From positions 7,382-71,381 of IMG/VR virus record IMGVR_UViG_3300043788_000078: a stretch of 64,000 nucleotides of DNA. One strand, 5' to 3'. This stretch comes from a virus. Under the pieces are notes generated by a model. It was not told where the DNA came from. It saw nothing but the letters and a program-made list of their open reading frames with translations, and ran no database searches. This document shows positions 27,511 through 36,445 of this stretch, piece by piece. Made by a program: the position numbers and the translations under genes. Every line of letters starts with the position of its first letter. The first letter of the stretch is position 1.

Positions 27511-27732
27511 TCAGCTTGAGTTGCTTACGCCGGCGGCCTCGCCGAGCGTGTCGTGGGTGGCACTGGCCGGTGCCGTGCCGTTGACGCCGACCGGTGCGCT
27601 GACCGCCCGGAGATTGGACGCGCCGATCGCGGACACCTGCGACGCGGTCAGGGCGATCGTGGTTCCCTTCGGGACCCGCACGCCCATGTACGTGATCGCG
27701 GCTTCCGTTATGTACAGCGCGTTCGCGGCCAC
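27511..27732 (-). CDS. Small capsid-associated-type protein (paralog family)
   Basis: GVRVPKGTTIAL...SNLR. Ends HDTLGEAAGVSNSS. Confidence 0.55.
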   Translation of the reverse strand: MAANALYITEAAITYMGVRVPKGTTIALTASQVSAIGASNLRAVSAPVGVNGTAPASATHDTLGEAAGVSNSS

Positions 27733-27735
27733 CGG

Positions 27736-28956
27736 TCAGATGCCGACCTGGCTGCGGAACCGGCTGACGACATCGTCGCGGGCCTGCTCCGCGTCCCGCC
27801 CTGTGTCCGGGGAGTCCATGACCGTGCCCAGCTCGACGCTGTTCAGGTCCAGGCCGAGGCCGCTGGCCATCTTCCCGAACTCCTTCAGCACCCGGCGCAT
27901 GACCAGGCCGCCGTCCACGTGGCCGCCGCCGTTCGCCAGCTCGAACGTGTGCCCGGTGCCCTCCAGCAGGGGGCGCGCCAGGTCCGCGATGTACGGCGGG
28001 ATGCCCGCGCCGGACAGCTGGCGCTTCTCTCCCTCGAACGCCTGCCTGTCGTTCTGGGCCTGGAGAACGGCCAGCTGGCGCTGGGTCTCGCTCAGCTCGT
28101 AGTTGGTCAGCTCCAGGGCGTCGAACCCGTAGCCGTTGGACATCTCGGCACCGGCTCCCGCGTACTGCGGTTCCGCGTCCGCACCGGTCTCGTACTCGGC
28201 CTGGAGCTGGGCGAATTCCTCGTCGCTCATGCCCTCGATCAGCGCGGCAAGCTCGTCATCGGACAACGGGTCCTCCTCCTGCGGGCTTCCGCCGCCCGTG
28301 GTGTCGTTCATGTCCGCCAGGCCGTCGACCAGGGCGTCCAGCCTGGCCGGGTCCAGCTCCAGCAGCCTGGCCAGCCGGTCCTGCTGCTCCTGGGTGAGAT
28401 CCGGCATGGTGATGCCGCCTTCCTGGTGGTCTTCGGCAAAGGTGAAGTTGGACAGGTCCACCACCAGGTCGGCAGAGTTGGACATCTGGACCGCCTTCTC
28501 CCACGGCCCGAGGCCGGTGATGCGCGGGTCCAGGGTGCCGAGCACGTGCTGGATGGCGGCCGGGTAGTACTTGCCGTCGCTGCGGGCGTAGTCCTCCACG
28601 ATCCGGGCGGACACGCCGAGGTTGGGGTTGGTCCTCAGCAGCGTGTCCCCCTCGGGAGTCACCTGCGCCGTGACCCACAGGCCGTCGTCCTTGACCTCCA
28701 CGCCGGTCACCCATCCCCGCGTGCGCTCGGGGTCGTTGGTGTGCCGGTTGTCGGTGTCCGCGATCTGGAACGGCACCTGGTCGTACGCGCCGGCCCGGTA
28801 AGACTGCGCCAGCCCGTCCAGGTACCGCCGGTCGAACGTCAGCTTCTGGCCCTTGTAGTCGATCGTGCCGACGGGCAGCAGGCGCTTGCGCCAGGTGTTC
28901 GCGCCGGCCTGCTGCGCGGGCGTCCGGCTGAACGGGAGGCGGATCTCGGCGGGCAT
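27736..28956 (-). CDS. Prohead protease/scaffold (Mu gpI-like)
   Basis: LLPVG.I, H..DPE..RGWV..V...DGLW, VSARI, HVLGTLDP.I.GL..W, followed by an acidic coiled-coil scaffold. Confidence 0.8.
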   Translation of the reverse strand: MPAEIRLPFSRTPAQQAGANTWRKRLLPVGTIDYKGQKLTFDRRYLDGLAQSYRAGAYDQVPFQIADTDNRHTNDPERTRGWVTGVEVKDDGLWVTAQVTPEGDTLLRTNPNLGVSARIVEDYARSDGKYYPAAIQHVLGTLDPRITGLGPWEKAVQMSNSADLVVDLSNFTFAEDHQEGGITMPDLTQEQQDRLARLLELDPARLDALVDGLADMNDTTGGGSPQEEDPLSDDELAALIEGMSDEEFAQLQAEYETGADAEPQYAGAGAEMSNGYGFDALELTNYELSETQRQLAVLQAQNDRQAFEGEKRQLSGAGIPPYIADLARPLLEGTGHTFELANGGGHVDGGLVMRRVLKEFGKMASGLGLDLNSVELGTVMDSPDTGRDAEQARDDVVSRFRSQVGI

Positions 28957-28959
28957 CGG

Positions 28960-29952
28960 CTAGCTGGCCTTGCTCGTGGACGTGCTGAACACGCCCGGCT
29001 TGGCATTCTCCGACCGCTTGGCGAACGCCATCGCGACCTTGGGGGACATGCCCTTGGCCAGCAGCTTCTTGTAGATCGACTGGCCCTTGGCGGACAGGCC
29101 CCTGGTGCTGCCGCCGTTGTTGTCGTCGTTGTCCGGCGTGTCGTCCGCTGCCAGGCGGATCGCCGGGACGCCGAACTGGCTCATGAGGGGCGTCTGCTGC
29201 GGCGCGGACTGGAGGGGCATCGTGCCCTTGTTGTACGCGCCGACCATCGCCAGCAGCGCGGCGCGCGCGTTCTGCTGCGGCGGGAGCGCCTTGCCGTCCA
29301 CGACGGGGACGACGCCGCCCGGTCCTTGCCGCAGGCTGCCGACCGTGCCGCCGCCCATCCGGTGCCGGATGACCGAGCTGCCGTCGGCCGCGCGGGAGGT
29401 GACCAGGTCCGTGGACTGCCGGACGGGCTGCCGCCGGGCCAGCTCCACTGACCGGCCGCGCCCGTTCGCCAGGCCCATGTTCCCTGATGCCGCCCCGCCG
29501 ATGCCGAGCTGCTGGGAGCTGTAGCCGGTGCTGGACACGTTTCCCCCCGATGGCGTGCGCAGGTCGGACGTAGCGCTGTCGGAAGTGCCGGACGCGCCGC
29601 CGGAGACCTTGAAGTCCGCCGAGTCTGACCGGTACCCGCAATTCGGGCACTGGGTGTCGCCCATGTTCCGCATGTCGTCGATGTCGTTGTCACCGTCGTC
29701 AGCGAAGTCGTATCCGTTGGACAAGTTGCTCGCCGTCCCTACCTGAATGCTCGGGAACGCGCTCTTGACGGCGCTCCGGACCTTTGCCTTCTCAGCCGGG
29801 CTGCCGTTCTGGGCGATGCGCGAGAGCGCGTTCCGCGCGCGCCCGGCCGTGTCGACCGGGTACCGCTGGCCGGGCAGCGCGAACTTGCGTGCGGGGATGG
29901 GCTTACCCCCGGCCATGCGCCGGCCGTTCTTCTGGCTCAGCTTGCCGCCCAA
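28960..29952 (-). CDS. Head-associated multi-module protein (N-terminal DUF6582-like, zinc ribbon)
   Basis: FALPGQRYPVDT..RARNALSR, CPNCG, C-terminal IYKKLLAKGM...A. Start uncertain. Confidence 0.65.
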   Translation of the reverse strand: MGGKLSQKNGRRMAGGKPIPARKFALPGQRYPVDTAGRARNALSRIAQNGSPAEKAKVRSAVKSAFPSIQVGTASNLSNGYDFADDGDNDIDDMRNMGDTQCPNCGYRSDSADFKVSGGASGTSDSATSDLRTPSGGNVSSTGYSSQQLGIGGAASGNMGLANGRGRSVELARRQPVRQSTDLVTSRAADGSSVIRHRMGGGTVGSLRQGPGGVVPVVDGKALPPQQNARAALLAMVGAYNKGTMPLQSAPQQTPLMSQFGVPAIRLAADDTPDNDDNNGGSTRGLSAKGQSIYKKLLAKGMSPKVAMAFAKRSENAKPGVFSTSTSKAS

Positions 29953-30035
29953 GTAGACACCCGCCCGTTCAAGTACTGCGTATGAGCGACATCGTACGGC
30001 CCTGATCTGCCTGCCTGCCAGCGTGACGGGCGTCT

Positions 30036-30179
30036 CTAGCCGTTTTTCTCCGCGTGGTCAACAAGCAGCTTGGACGCCTTTTCCGCATCTTCCTCCGAAC
30101 AGCCCCCCTGGACCATGGCCGTCCGGAGGATCTGCACGGCGTTATCGTGAGCCTCTTCAGGGCTCAGCGGCACGGACAT
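30036..30179 (-). CDS. 47-aa hypothetical protein (below ORF-track cutoff)
   Basis: MSVPLSPEEAHDNAVQILRTAMVQGGCSEEDAEKASKLLVDHAEKNG. TGATG overlap with the upstream gene. Confidence 0.5.
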   Translation of the reverse strand: MSVPLSPEEAHDNAVQILRTAMVQGGCSEEDAEKASKLLVDHAEKNG

Positions 30180-31261
30180 CAGCTCACGTTCCTCGCGTAG
30201 TCGTGTATCACGTTGACGAGCGGCACGATTCCCGCCGCGATGGCCGCCGCGACCGGGGCCAGGCCCATTGATATGCCGCCGAGCGCTACGCCGACGCCCG
30301 CCATCGCGAACAGGTTGTTCATCACCAGGTGCGTCCTGGTGGTGCGCGCTTCCTGCTCGTTGTCGTTCTTGACGGCGCTGCGCATGTGGGCGATCAGCTT
30401 CTGCTGGGCCTTGTGCATCCCGGCCAGCTTCTTCTGGATGTCCTCCTGCTGCTGTGCCGTGATCTGCCCGACCTGCCGCGCTACCTCGGCCGCGACGCGG
30501 GCGTCGATGTAGCTCTTGAGCGCGGCCATGTCCGCGCCGGGAGTGGCCAGGCCTGCCAGGGCGTGGTCGCCTCCCGCCGCCGTGATGCCGGCTACCGACT
30601 TCGGCGCTGCCTCCGCGCCCGTTTCCGCGTACTGCGGCGTGCTCTGTGCCCGGAGCGCCTGACTGCTCGGGGACTGCGCGGCCATCCCGGCACGGGGAGT
30701 GCTCGGGGACTGCGCCCTGGCGGCGGCCCGCGCGGCCCTGGCCTGCTGGTCGTAGTGCGCCTGCACCATGGCCCGCTGCTCGGACGTCAGCACCCTCTTC
30801 TGGGCGCTGGTTACCGTCTCCTCCGGGTGCCGGGAGATCTCCTCCCGGGCGGCCTTCCTCTCCAGCTTCCGGTTATCCTCGTCGATCTTCCACTGGGGGT
30901 ACGGGTCGCGGAGCTGCTTCCCGATCAGCGGAAGCCAGTCGTGCCGGTAGGTGTACGCGGTTCCCGGGATGTGGTGGCCGTGCAGCGCGGCCAGGTCTAC
31001 CTGGGACGAGACCATGGACAACTGGGCGGACAGAATAGGCCCTGAAATCGCGTTCCCGCTGTTCAGCGTGCCTGCCAGGCGGGACAGCATGGTGGCCGCG
31101 TCCTGGATCTCGCGCAGTTCCGCGCTGCCCGCCGGCGCTGCCGCCGCCAGCTCGTTGACCTTCTCCAGTGCCGCTACCGCGTCCTCCGGGTCCTGCCAGG
31201 CGGCGCGCATGATCGAGCGCGCCTGCGCCCCGGCCGCCGTGAGCTGCATTCCGTCGCTCAT
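30179..31261 (-). CDS. Head-region protein with coiled coil and C-terminal hydrophobic hairpin
   Basis: SQVDLA...YRHDW motif. C-terminal LFAMAGVGVALGGISMGLAPVAAAIAAGIVPLV. Confidence 0.65.
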   Translation of the reverse strand: MSDGMQLTAAGAQARSIMRAAWQDPEDAVAALEKVNELAAAAPAGSAELREIQDAATMLSRLAGTLNSGNAISGPILSAQLSMVSSQVDLAALHGHHIPGTAYTYRHDWLPLIGKQLRDPYPQWKIDEDNRKLERKAAREEISRHPEETVTSAQKRVLTSEQRAMVQAHYDQQARAARAAARAQSPSTPRAGMAAQSPSSQALRAQSTPQYAETGAEAAPKSVAGITAAGGDHALAGLATPGADMAALKSYIDARVAAEVARQVGQITAQQQEDIQKKLAGMHKAQQKLIAHMRSAVKNDNEQEARTTRTHLVMNNLFAMAGVGVALGGISMGLAPVAAAIAAGIVPLVNVIHDYARNVS

Positions 31262-33822
31262 GCTGCCGTCCTTTCCGCTTGCAGCCGCTGCAAGGCAGAC
31301 TGCGCCGCCTGCCGCGCTGCCTCGTGCGCCTGCTCTCCGACGCCGCTGCCCCAGTTGCCCAGGATCGCACTGGATGAAGCGTCAAGTATCCTCTGGGCCT
31401 GGACAGGGTCAGCGGGAAGCATGTCCCCTACCTCGATCATCGCCATGGTAAGCGGCTTGGCCCTGGTGCCGACAGCGTTGACCTCGTCGGCGATCCGCTG
31501 TATCTCAGCCAGGGTCTGCGGGTCGCTCTCCGGCCTGCCGGTGCGCATCTGCGCCGCTACCGACGCCCACGCGAACGCCTGGGACGTCTGCCGGGCGTAG
31601 TGCCCCCATGCGTCCCCGTTCCGGATACGGTCAGGGCTGTTCAGGCTCCCGGCCAGGTCGTGCATGGTGACCGTGTCCTCGCCGTACATGAACGGGTCCA
31701 GGCTGCGGTCCCCGACGCCGATCTTGTCGAAGTACTCGCCGGCGTGCTGGATGGTGCCCAGCTCGGTGAATCCCTCCTCGATGTCCGCGTGCGGGAGATC
31801 CTGATATGCCTGCATGTCGCCGTTGGTGCGCCGGGTCTCGCCCCTGGGCAGCACGGCGTGGATCATCTCGTGCAGCGGCACCGAGAAGTTCTCGGGACTG
31901 GGGATCTCGCTGTCCGGGTTGCTCACGGCCTCGCGGATGCCGTCGGCGACGGACTGCGCCATGTTCACGTGCCCGTCCCAGTCCACCTCGGCCAGCACGC
32001 CGGGACGTGCCGCATCATCGTACAGCGTGGGCAGCCTGCCGTCCCAGTCCAGGTGGTCGTCCGGGTTGAACATCAGCGGGACGGAAGCGGCGGTCTTCGT
32101 CACCAGGTCGCGCACGGGCCCGGCATCCGCGCCCGTGACCTGGCTGCCCGCACTGCCCCTGCCGCGCAGTGCCTGCTTCGCCCACGGGTGCTCGGCATCC
32201 CACTCCGCCTCGGGCACCCACTCGCCGTGCGTCCCGCGCGGCTGGTCCCGCCAGGCTAGCTCGACGTACCCGAGCTGCGCCGCAATCCCGCCCTGATAGC
32301 GTCGCCGATCTTCGCTGCCTCGGCCAGGCGCTCGTCCTCGGGCATGTCCCAGTATCCCTCGGGAACCGCCGCGTGGACCTTCTGCGGGGTTGGCGAGCTG
32401 GTGGTCGATGATCCGTCCGCCACCGCTGCCTCCTGTGTTGATCGTGCTGAAATTCTGGAGGTCGAAGATACCGACCTGGTCCCGTGCCTTGCCCATCTGT
32501 TCTGCCGTGCTGCGGTCCTGGACGTTCTGGGACGGGTCCAGCCATAGTTTACCGTCCTCGACCCACCCGCCCAGGTACATGTCCTTGCCCTGGAACGACT
32601 CGCGCTCGGACATCAGCATGTCGTCGATAGCCTTGTGCAGCCTGTCCGGGTCATCCAGGATCTCGGCCGGGTACCGGTGCGTGTGCCCGTCAAGCGCGAC
32701 CATGTACCCGCTCTGCGGGGCGTCCCCGCTGTGCGGCGACACGGAGAAGCCCTCGCGCTCCTTCTCCATGACGCGCACGGCCTCGCCGACGCCCCCGAAC
32801 CGCGTCCACCGTCCGCGCGAGTCGCGGGGCTCGGTGCGCCACCCGTCCCAGTGCCCGAAATCCATGACCTGGCTGCTGATGAGACTTGACGCGTCAAGCA
32901 TCGTGGTGCCGGGGTACGTCGGGATCTCCTCGGCTTTCGCGGTCGCGCCCCACTGGTTCCATGCGTTCCTTATCATGGAAGCCCGGCCTTTGTTGAGCGC
33001 GGTTCCCGACGCCGCGTCTATGGCCTCGTTCTCTCCCTGCTGCTGAAGCCAGGTAATCGCCTGGATCTGGTGCGGCGCGATCGGCGTGCCGTCCCGCTCG
33101 CTGATCCGCCGCGCCGCCTCGCGGTAGGCGTCGGCGACGTGCTGGTAGTACCTGTCGTTGCCGATCGGCGCTTTGTCGGCCTCCGTCTTCGGCAGCCGCT
33201 GCCCCATCGCCACCGTCATGGCGTGCCTGTCCACGACGACGTCGCCCTGGGCGTCATCCGGGGAGTCGCCGCCGTTGCGGATCAGCCGGGCGAACGCCTT
33301 CGTCTTGGAGCTGGTGTTGGCCTCGTCTGCCTTCGCCCCGTCGATCGCCCGCTGGGCGTGTGCCTGCATGTCCTTCGTGATCATGCCCTCGCCGGGGCCG
33401 ATCGCCCGGCCCAGTTCCAGCGCCCGCGCCGCGTTGAGCATGTTGGCCGGCCATCCGGTCTGCGGCGAGTACGCGGCCAGCACGCCCGCGCCCTTGTCCG
33501 CGTCACCGTGCGCCAGGGCCTTGGCGACCGTGTGCGCGTCCGCGTACCAGCGCATGCCCTGCTGCCTGGTCGCCGCGCCGGAGCGGTCGTAGCTGGCCAT
33601 GACGTTCTCCGCGCTGACCGGGTGCACCTTGAAAAACGGGTGGTCAGCCGGGTCCGGCGGGCGTCCGCGCGGGTTGACCAGCCTGCCCTTGTCCGGGTCT
33701 TTATAGTCAGTGCCGGTGTCATGCCAGTACTCGGCATCGGACTCCCAGACGCCGAACCGGTTCCGGTGCTCATCCGGGTCATACCGGTAGCCGAGCGTGA
33801 GCACCTGCTCGCTGATCAGCAT
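31258..33822 (-). CDS. Three-module polyvalent protein including a zincin metallopeptidase domain
   Basis: Each module is preceded by a PRxxxGxW-like motif. Third module has HEMIH...EEGFTE. Confidence 0.7.
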   Translation of the reverse strand: MLISEQVLTLGYRYDPDEHRNRFGVWESDAEYWHDTGTDYKDPDKGRLVNPRGRPPDPADHPFFKVHPVSAENVMASYDRSGAATRQQGMRWYADAHTVAKALAHGDADKGAGVLAAYSPQTGWPANMLNAARALELGRAIGPGEGMITKDMQAHAQRAIDGAKADEANTSSKTKAFARLIRNGGDSPDDAQGDVVVDRHAMTVAMGQRLPKTEADKAPIGNDRYYQHVADAYREAARRISERDGTPIAPHQIQAITWLQQQGENEAIDAASGTALNKGRASMIRNAWNQWGATAKAEEIPTYPGTTMLDASSLISSQVMDFGHWDGWRTEPRDSRGRWTRFGGVGEAVRVMEKEREGFSVSPHSGDAPQSGYMVALDGHTHRYPAEILDDPDRLHKAIDDMLMSERESFQGKDMYLGGWVEDGKLWLDPSQNVQDRSTAEQMGKARDQVGIFDLQNFSTINTGGSGGGRIIDHQLANPAEGPRGGSRGILGHARGRAPGRGSEDRRRYQGGIAAQLGYVELAWRDQPRGTHGEWVPEAEWDAEHPWAKQALRGRGSAGSQVTGADAGPVRDLVTKTAASVPLMFNPDDHLDWDGRLPTLYDDAARPGVLAEVDWDGHVNMAQSVADGIREAVSNPDSEIPSPENFSVPLHEMIHAVLPRGETRRTNGDMQAYQDLPHADIEEGFTELGTIQHAGEYFDKIGVGDRSLDPFMYGEDTVTMHDLAGSLNSPDRIRNGDAWGHYARQTSQAFAWASVAAQMRTGRPESDPQTLAEIQRIADEVNAVGTRAKPLTMAMIEVGDMLPADPVQAQRILDASSSAILGNWGSGVGEQAHEAARQAAQSALQRLQAERTAA

Positions 33823-34147
33823 TCACTTGCTCCCGTGCGCTATTGCGCGCTTGGCCGCCCAGTCCGCGTTGGTGGCCGCCGATGCCGCGCGCACCTCAGG
33901 GTGCCTGGATGTTCGCGCCCACCGCGACGTGGCGGCCTTGGCCATGGCAATGGCACTCGATTCATCCTTGGCGCGGCCCTGCCGCAGGATGGCCTTAGCT
34001 ATATTCCTGATGTACGGCGGCAGGCCCATGCCCTTGACATCCCAGAGCCCCGGCCCGTTCGGGTTCTTGCTCAGCGGCGTCGATATCGCCGCCAGTCTTC
34101 CCGTCTGAGCCGACAGCTCCAGTGAGCCCGGTCCCCCGGGCTTACCG
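33823..34147 (-). CDS. C-terminal extension of the 652-aa protein in the +1 frame
   Basis: Frame reads GKPGGPGSLELSAQTGRLAAISTPLSKNPNGPGLWDVKGMGLPPYIRNIAKA...*, repeating the ELSAQTGR motif of the upstream ORF. Confidence 0.6.
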
Positions 34148-36100
34148 AAAGGGGTGCGGGACCACCGTGATCGGGCGTCCGGTCTGCGCGGACAGCTCTA
34201 TTGCCCGGATACGCCGCGCCAGCTCGGCGTTCGCGCGGTTCTGGTTCGCCAGGCCGAGCTGCCCGCCCTGCCCGGCGGACCCGGCCATCTTTGCCACGCC
34301 CGCTCCCAGCTTGTTGATCGCGGACTGCTTGCCGGCGTCACCGGTCTGCTGGCTGGCCCGTGCCAGGTGCTGCATTGCCAGCTTGTGGTTGCCCATCTGC
34401 GCGGCGGCCCTGGCGCTCTTGATGTGGTTGTCGGCCTTCTCCTCGCTACTGCCGCCCTTGTCCGGCAGCGACGATCCGGTCTTGGAGTCGACGCTGGACC
34501 AGTACTCCTTGCTCGGGAGCCATGGCCCGGCCAGCTCCACGATCCTGCGGTACCCGTTCGGGTTCTCCACGGTCCCTCCGTTTGCTGCCTGGATGGTATG
34601 CGCTGCTCCGGATGCCACGCTGGGGTGCAGGAGGGCTCCTGCGGTGCGCATGCCGGGCATGGTGCCCCGCGCGCTGTAGTTGAGCGCCGCGTCCCGGACA
34701 CTCGGCGTCATCTGCTGCGCCCTCGCCGCTGCCTGCGGGAAGTCGCGGCGCTCGGCCGCGCTCGGCACGTCTGACGGGCGGGACGGGTAGCTCTTGCTGG
34801 AGATGAACCTGTACGGGTCCTTGGGCCTGGGCTCGTGCTCGGGCTTCGGGGCAGGCGGCTTCGGGTAGTCCGCCGCGTTAATCCCGCCCTTGGCGTAGAT
34901 AGACGGCCAGACGTGCGCCAGCTCCGGGTGCAGCGGGGCCTTCCCCGAGGCGATCCTGCCCTCGTCCTCACTGGCCTGCGCGGCACGCTGGCGGGTGACC
35001 ATCTTCATCCGCTCGGCCGCCGCCGGGAAATCGTGTGCTTCCTTCGCGGTCGGATTCGACGTGCCCTCGGTCCGGAAGGTCTTCCTGGACATGAACTTGT
35101 ACGGGTCGGCGTGACTCGTCCCGGGAGGGCTGGACGGCAGTCCCGGGCCGCCGACGTACCGCCAGCCGTGAACGAACCCCCTGGGCCCCACCAGGTCGAT
35201 GACCTGGCGCGCAAGGACGTCGTTCGCGTTGTCCATCTGCCCGTACATCCCGCCGTGCTGTACAGGGCCGCCGTTCTTGTCCGGGATCTCCAGGTCGTCC
35301 TCGGCAGGCAGCTTCTCGCTGGTCACGTCATGCAGTGTCTGCCGCAGCCGGGCAAATGCGCCGTGCTTATGGTCGGTGTCAGCTGCCCCGGTCAGGTGGT
35401 CGGCCATGTGCGCGCCGGCTGAGTGCTCCAGGCCAGGGTGGCGGTCATTCATGTGGCCCGACAGCGCGGCATCCCCGCTGCCGACCTTGATCCACCCGTG
35501 TATGAACCCGTGCGGCCCGACCAGCTCGATTGCGGTCGTCAGGTCGCCGCTGTTGGACGCCGCTACCTGCTTCGTCCTCGCCTCGCTGGTGATGGCCTGC
35601 GGCTTCGCCACATTCACGTCCGGTCCCCCGATGCGCATCTTGTCCGGCGCGTTCATCGCGCGGTTACCGCCCGGTGCGGTCGGCTTCACGGTAAGGTCGT
35701 CGTCCTTGTACGGCTCGTCCGACTCGGCATAGGGCAGCTGGCTGTTCTTCGCCTGGAGGTCCATGACGTCCTTGGTCAGCAGCAGGTGCCGGTGTATGGC
35801 GTCCATGGACTTCTTCGCCGCGTCATGCTGCTCGTCGGTCAGCAGGCCGTGCCGCCGCAGGGACTGCGGGGTCATGTTGCCGATTGCCGCGTTCAGGTGG
35901 CGGATCGCCGCCTCGGGCTGCCCGCGCTCCAGCGCCTTGGCCGCGTCGGTAACGTGCTCATGCGACCCCAGGAACGGGTGCCTGTCCTTCAGGTCGCCGC
36001 TCAGCTTGCGCATCGACGCCACGGCTGACTTGCGCATCGGCCCGACTGGCTTGTACGTCCCGACACGCGGCGGCCGGTAGCTGCCCGTCCTTCCCGGCAT
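34142..36100 (-). CDS. Head-region multi-module protein with repeated [IV][ED]L motifs and two GPxGFxHGW motifs
   Basis: GGGAGAAGACC RBS. Internal repeats visible in the translation. Confidence 0.7.
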   Translation of the reverse strand: MPGRTGSYRPPRVGTYKPVGPMRKSAVASMRKLSGDLKDRHPFLGSHEHVTDAAKALERGQPEAAIRHLNAAIGNMTPQSLRRHGLLTDEQHDAAKKSMDAIHRHLLLTKDVMDLQAKNSQLPYAESDEPYKDDDLTVKPTAPGGNRAMNAPDKMRIGGPDVNVAKPQAITSEARTKQVAASNSGDLTTAIELVGPHGFIHGWIKVGSGDAALSGHMNDRHPGLEHSAGAHMADHLTGAADTDHKHGAFARLRQTLHDVTSEKLPAEDDLEIPDKNGGPVQHGGMYGQMDNANDVLARQVIDLVGPRGFVHGWRYVGGPGLPSSPPGTSHADPYKFMSRKTFRTEGTSNPTAKEAHDFPAAAERMKMVTRQRAAQASEDEGRIASGKAPLHPELAHVWPSIYAKGGINAADYPKPPAPKPEHEPRPKDPYRFISSKSYPSRPSDVPSAAERRDFPQAAARAQQMTPSVRDAALNYSARGTMPGMRTAGALLHPSVASGAAHTIQAANGGTVENPNGYRRIVELAGPWLPSKEYWSSVDSKTGSSLPDKGGSSEEKADNHIKSARAAAQMGNHKLAMQHLARASQQTGDAGKQSAINKLGAGVAKMAGSAGQGGQLGLANQNRANAELARRIRAIELSAQTGRPITVVPHPFR

Positions 36101-36112
36101 GGTCTTCTCCCC

Positions 36113-36445
36113 TCACACGTCCGTGATCAGCAGGCGGCCGTAGACGGCTGTCGACACGTTGTTGCTATCATCCAGCACGATGATCCGCCACCATTGCAGC
36201 CCCGGGTAGTCAGCGGCCGGTATCAGCCAGGTCAGCGTCCCGCCCGGCGCGCTGACGACGGTCAGGCCGCTGCCGGTCGTGTACGTCATCCCGTCACTGT
36301 CGGCCGATGTGGCGTTCGGCTTGAGGATCGCGGACACGCCGGCTACGCCCGCCAGGTCCAGTGCCGCCCCGCCGTACGTGAGGCTGATGTCGTACAGGAG
36401 GTCATCGCCGGACAGGCCGTAGAGGTTCTGCTGGACTGCGGTCAC
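36113..36445 (-). CDS. BppU-N-like beta-sandwich structural protein
   Basis: GDD...I.LT..G..LDL.G...G.L.W.I...GRL.I pattern. GTGA overlap. Confidence 0.55.
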   Translation of the reverse strand: MTAVQQNLYGLSGDDLLYDISLTYGGAALDLAGVAGVSAILKPNATSADSDGMTYTTGSGLTVVSAPGGTLTWLIPAADYPGLQWWRIIVLDDSNNVSTAVYGRLLITDV

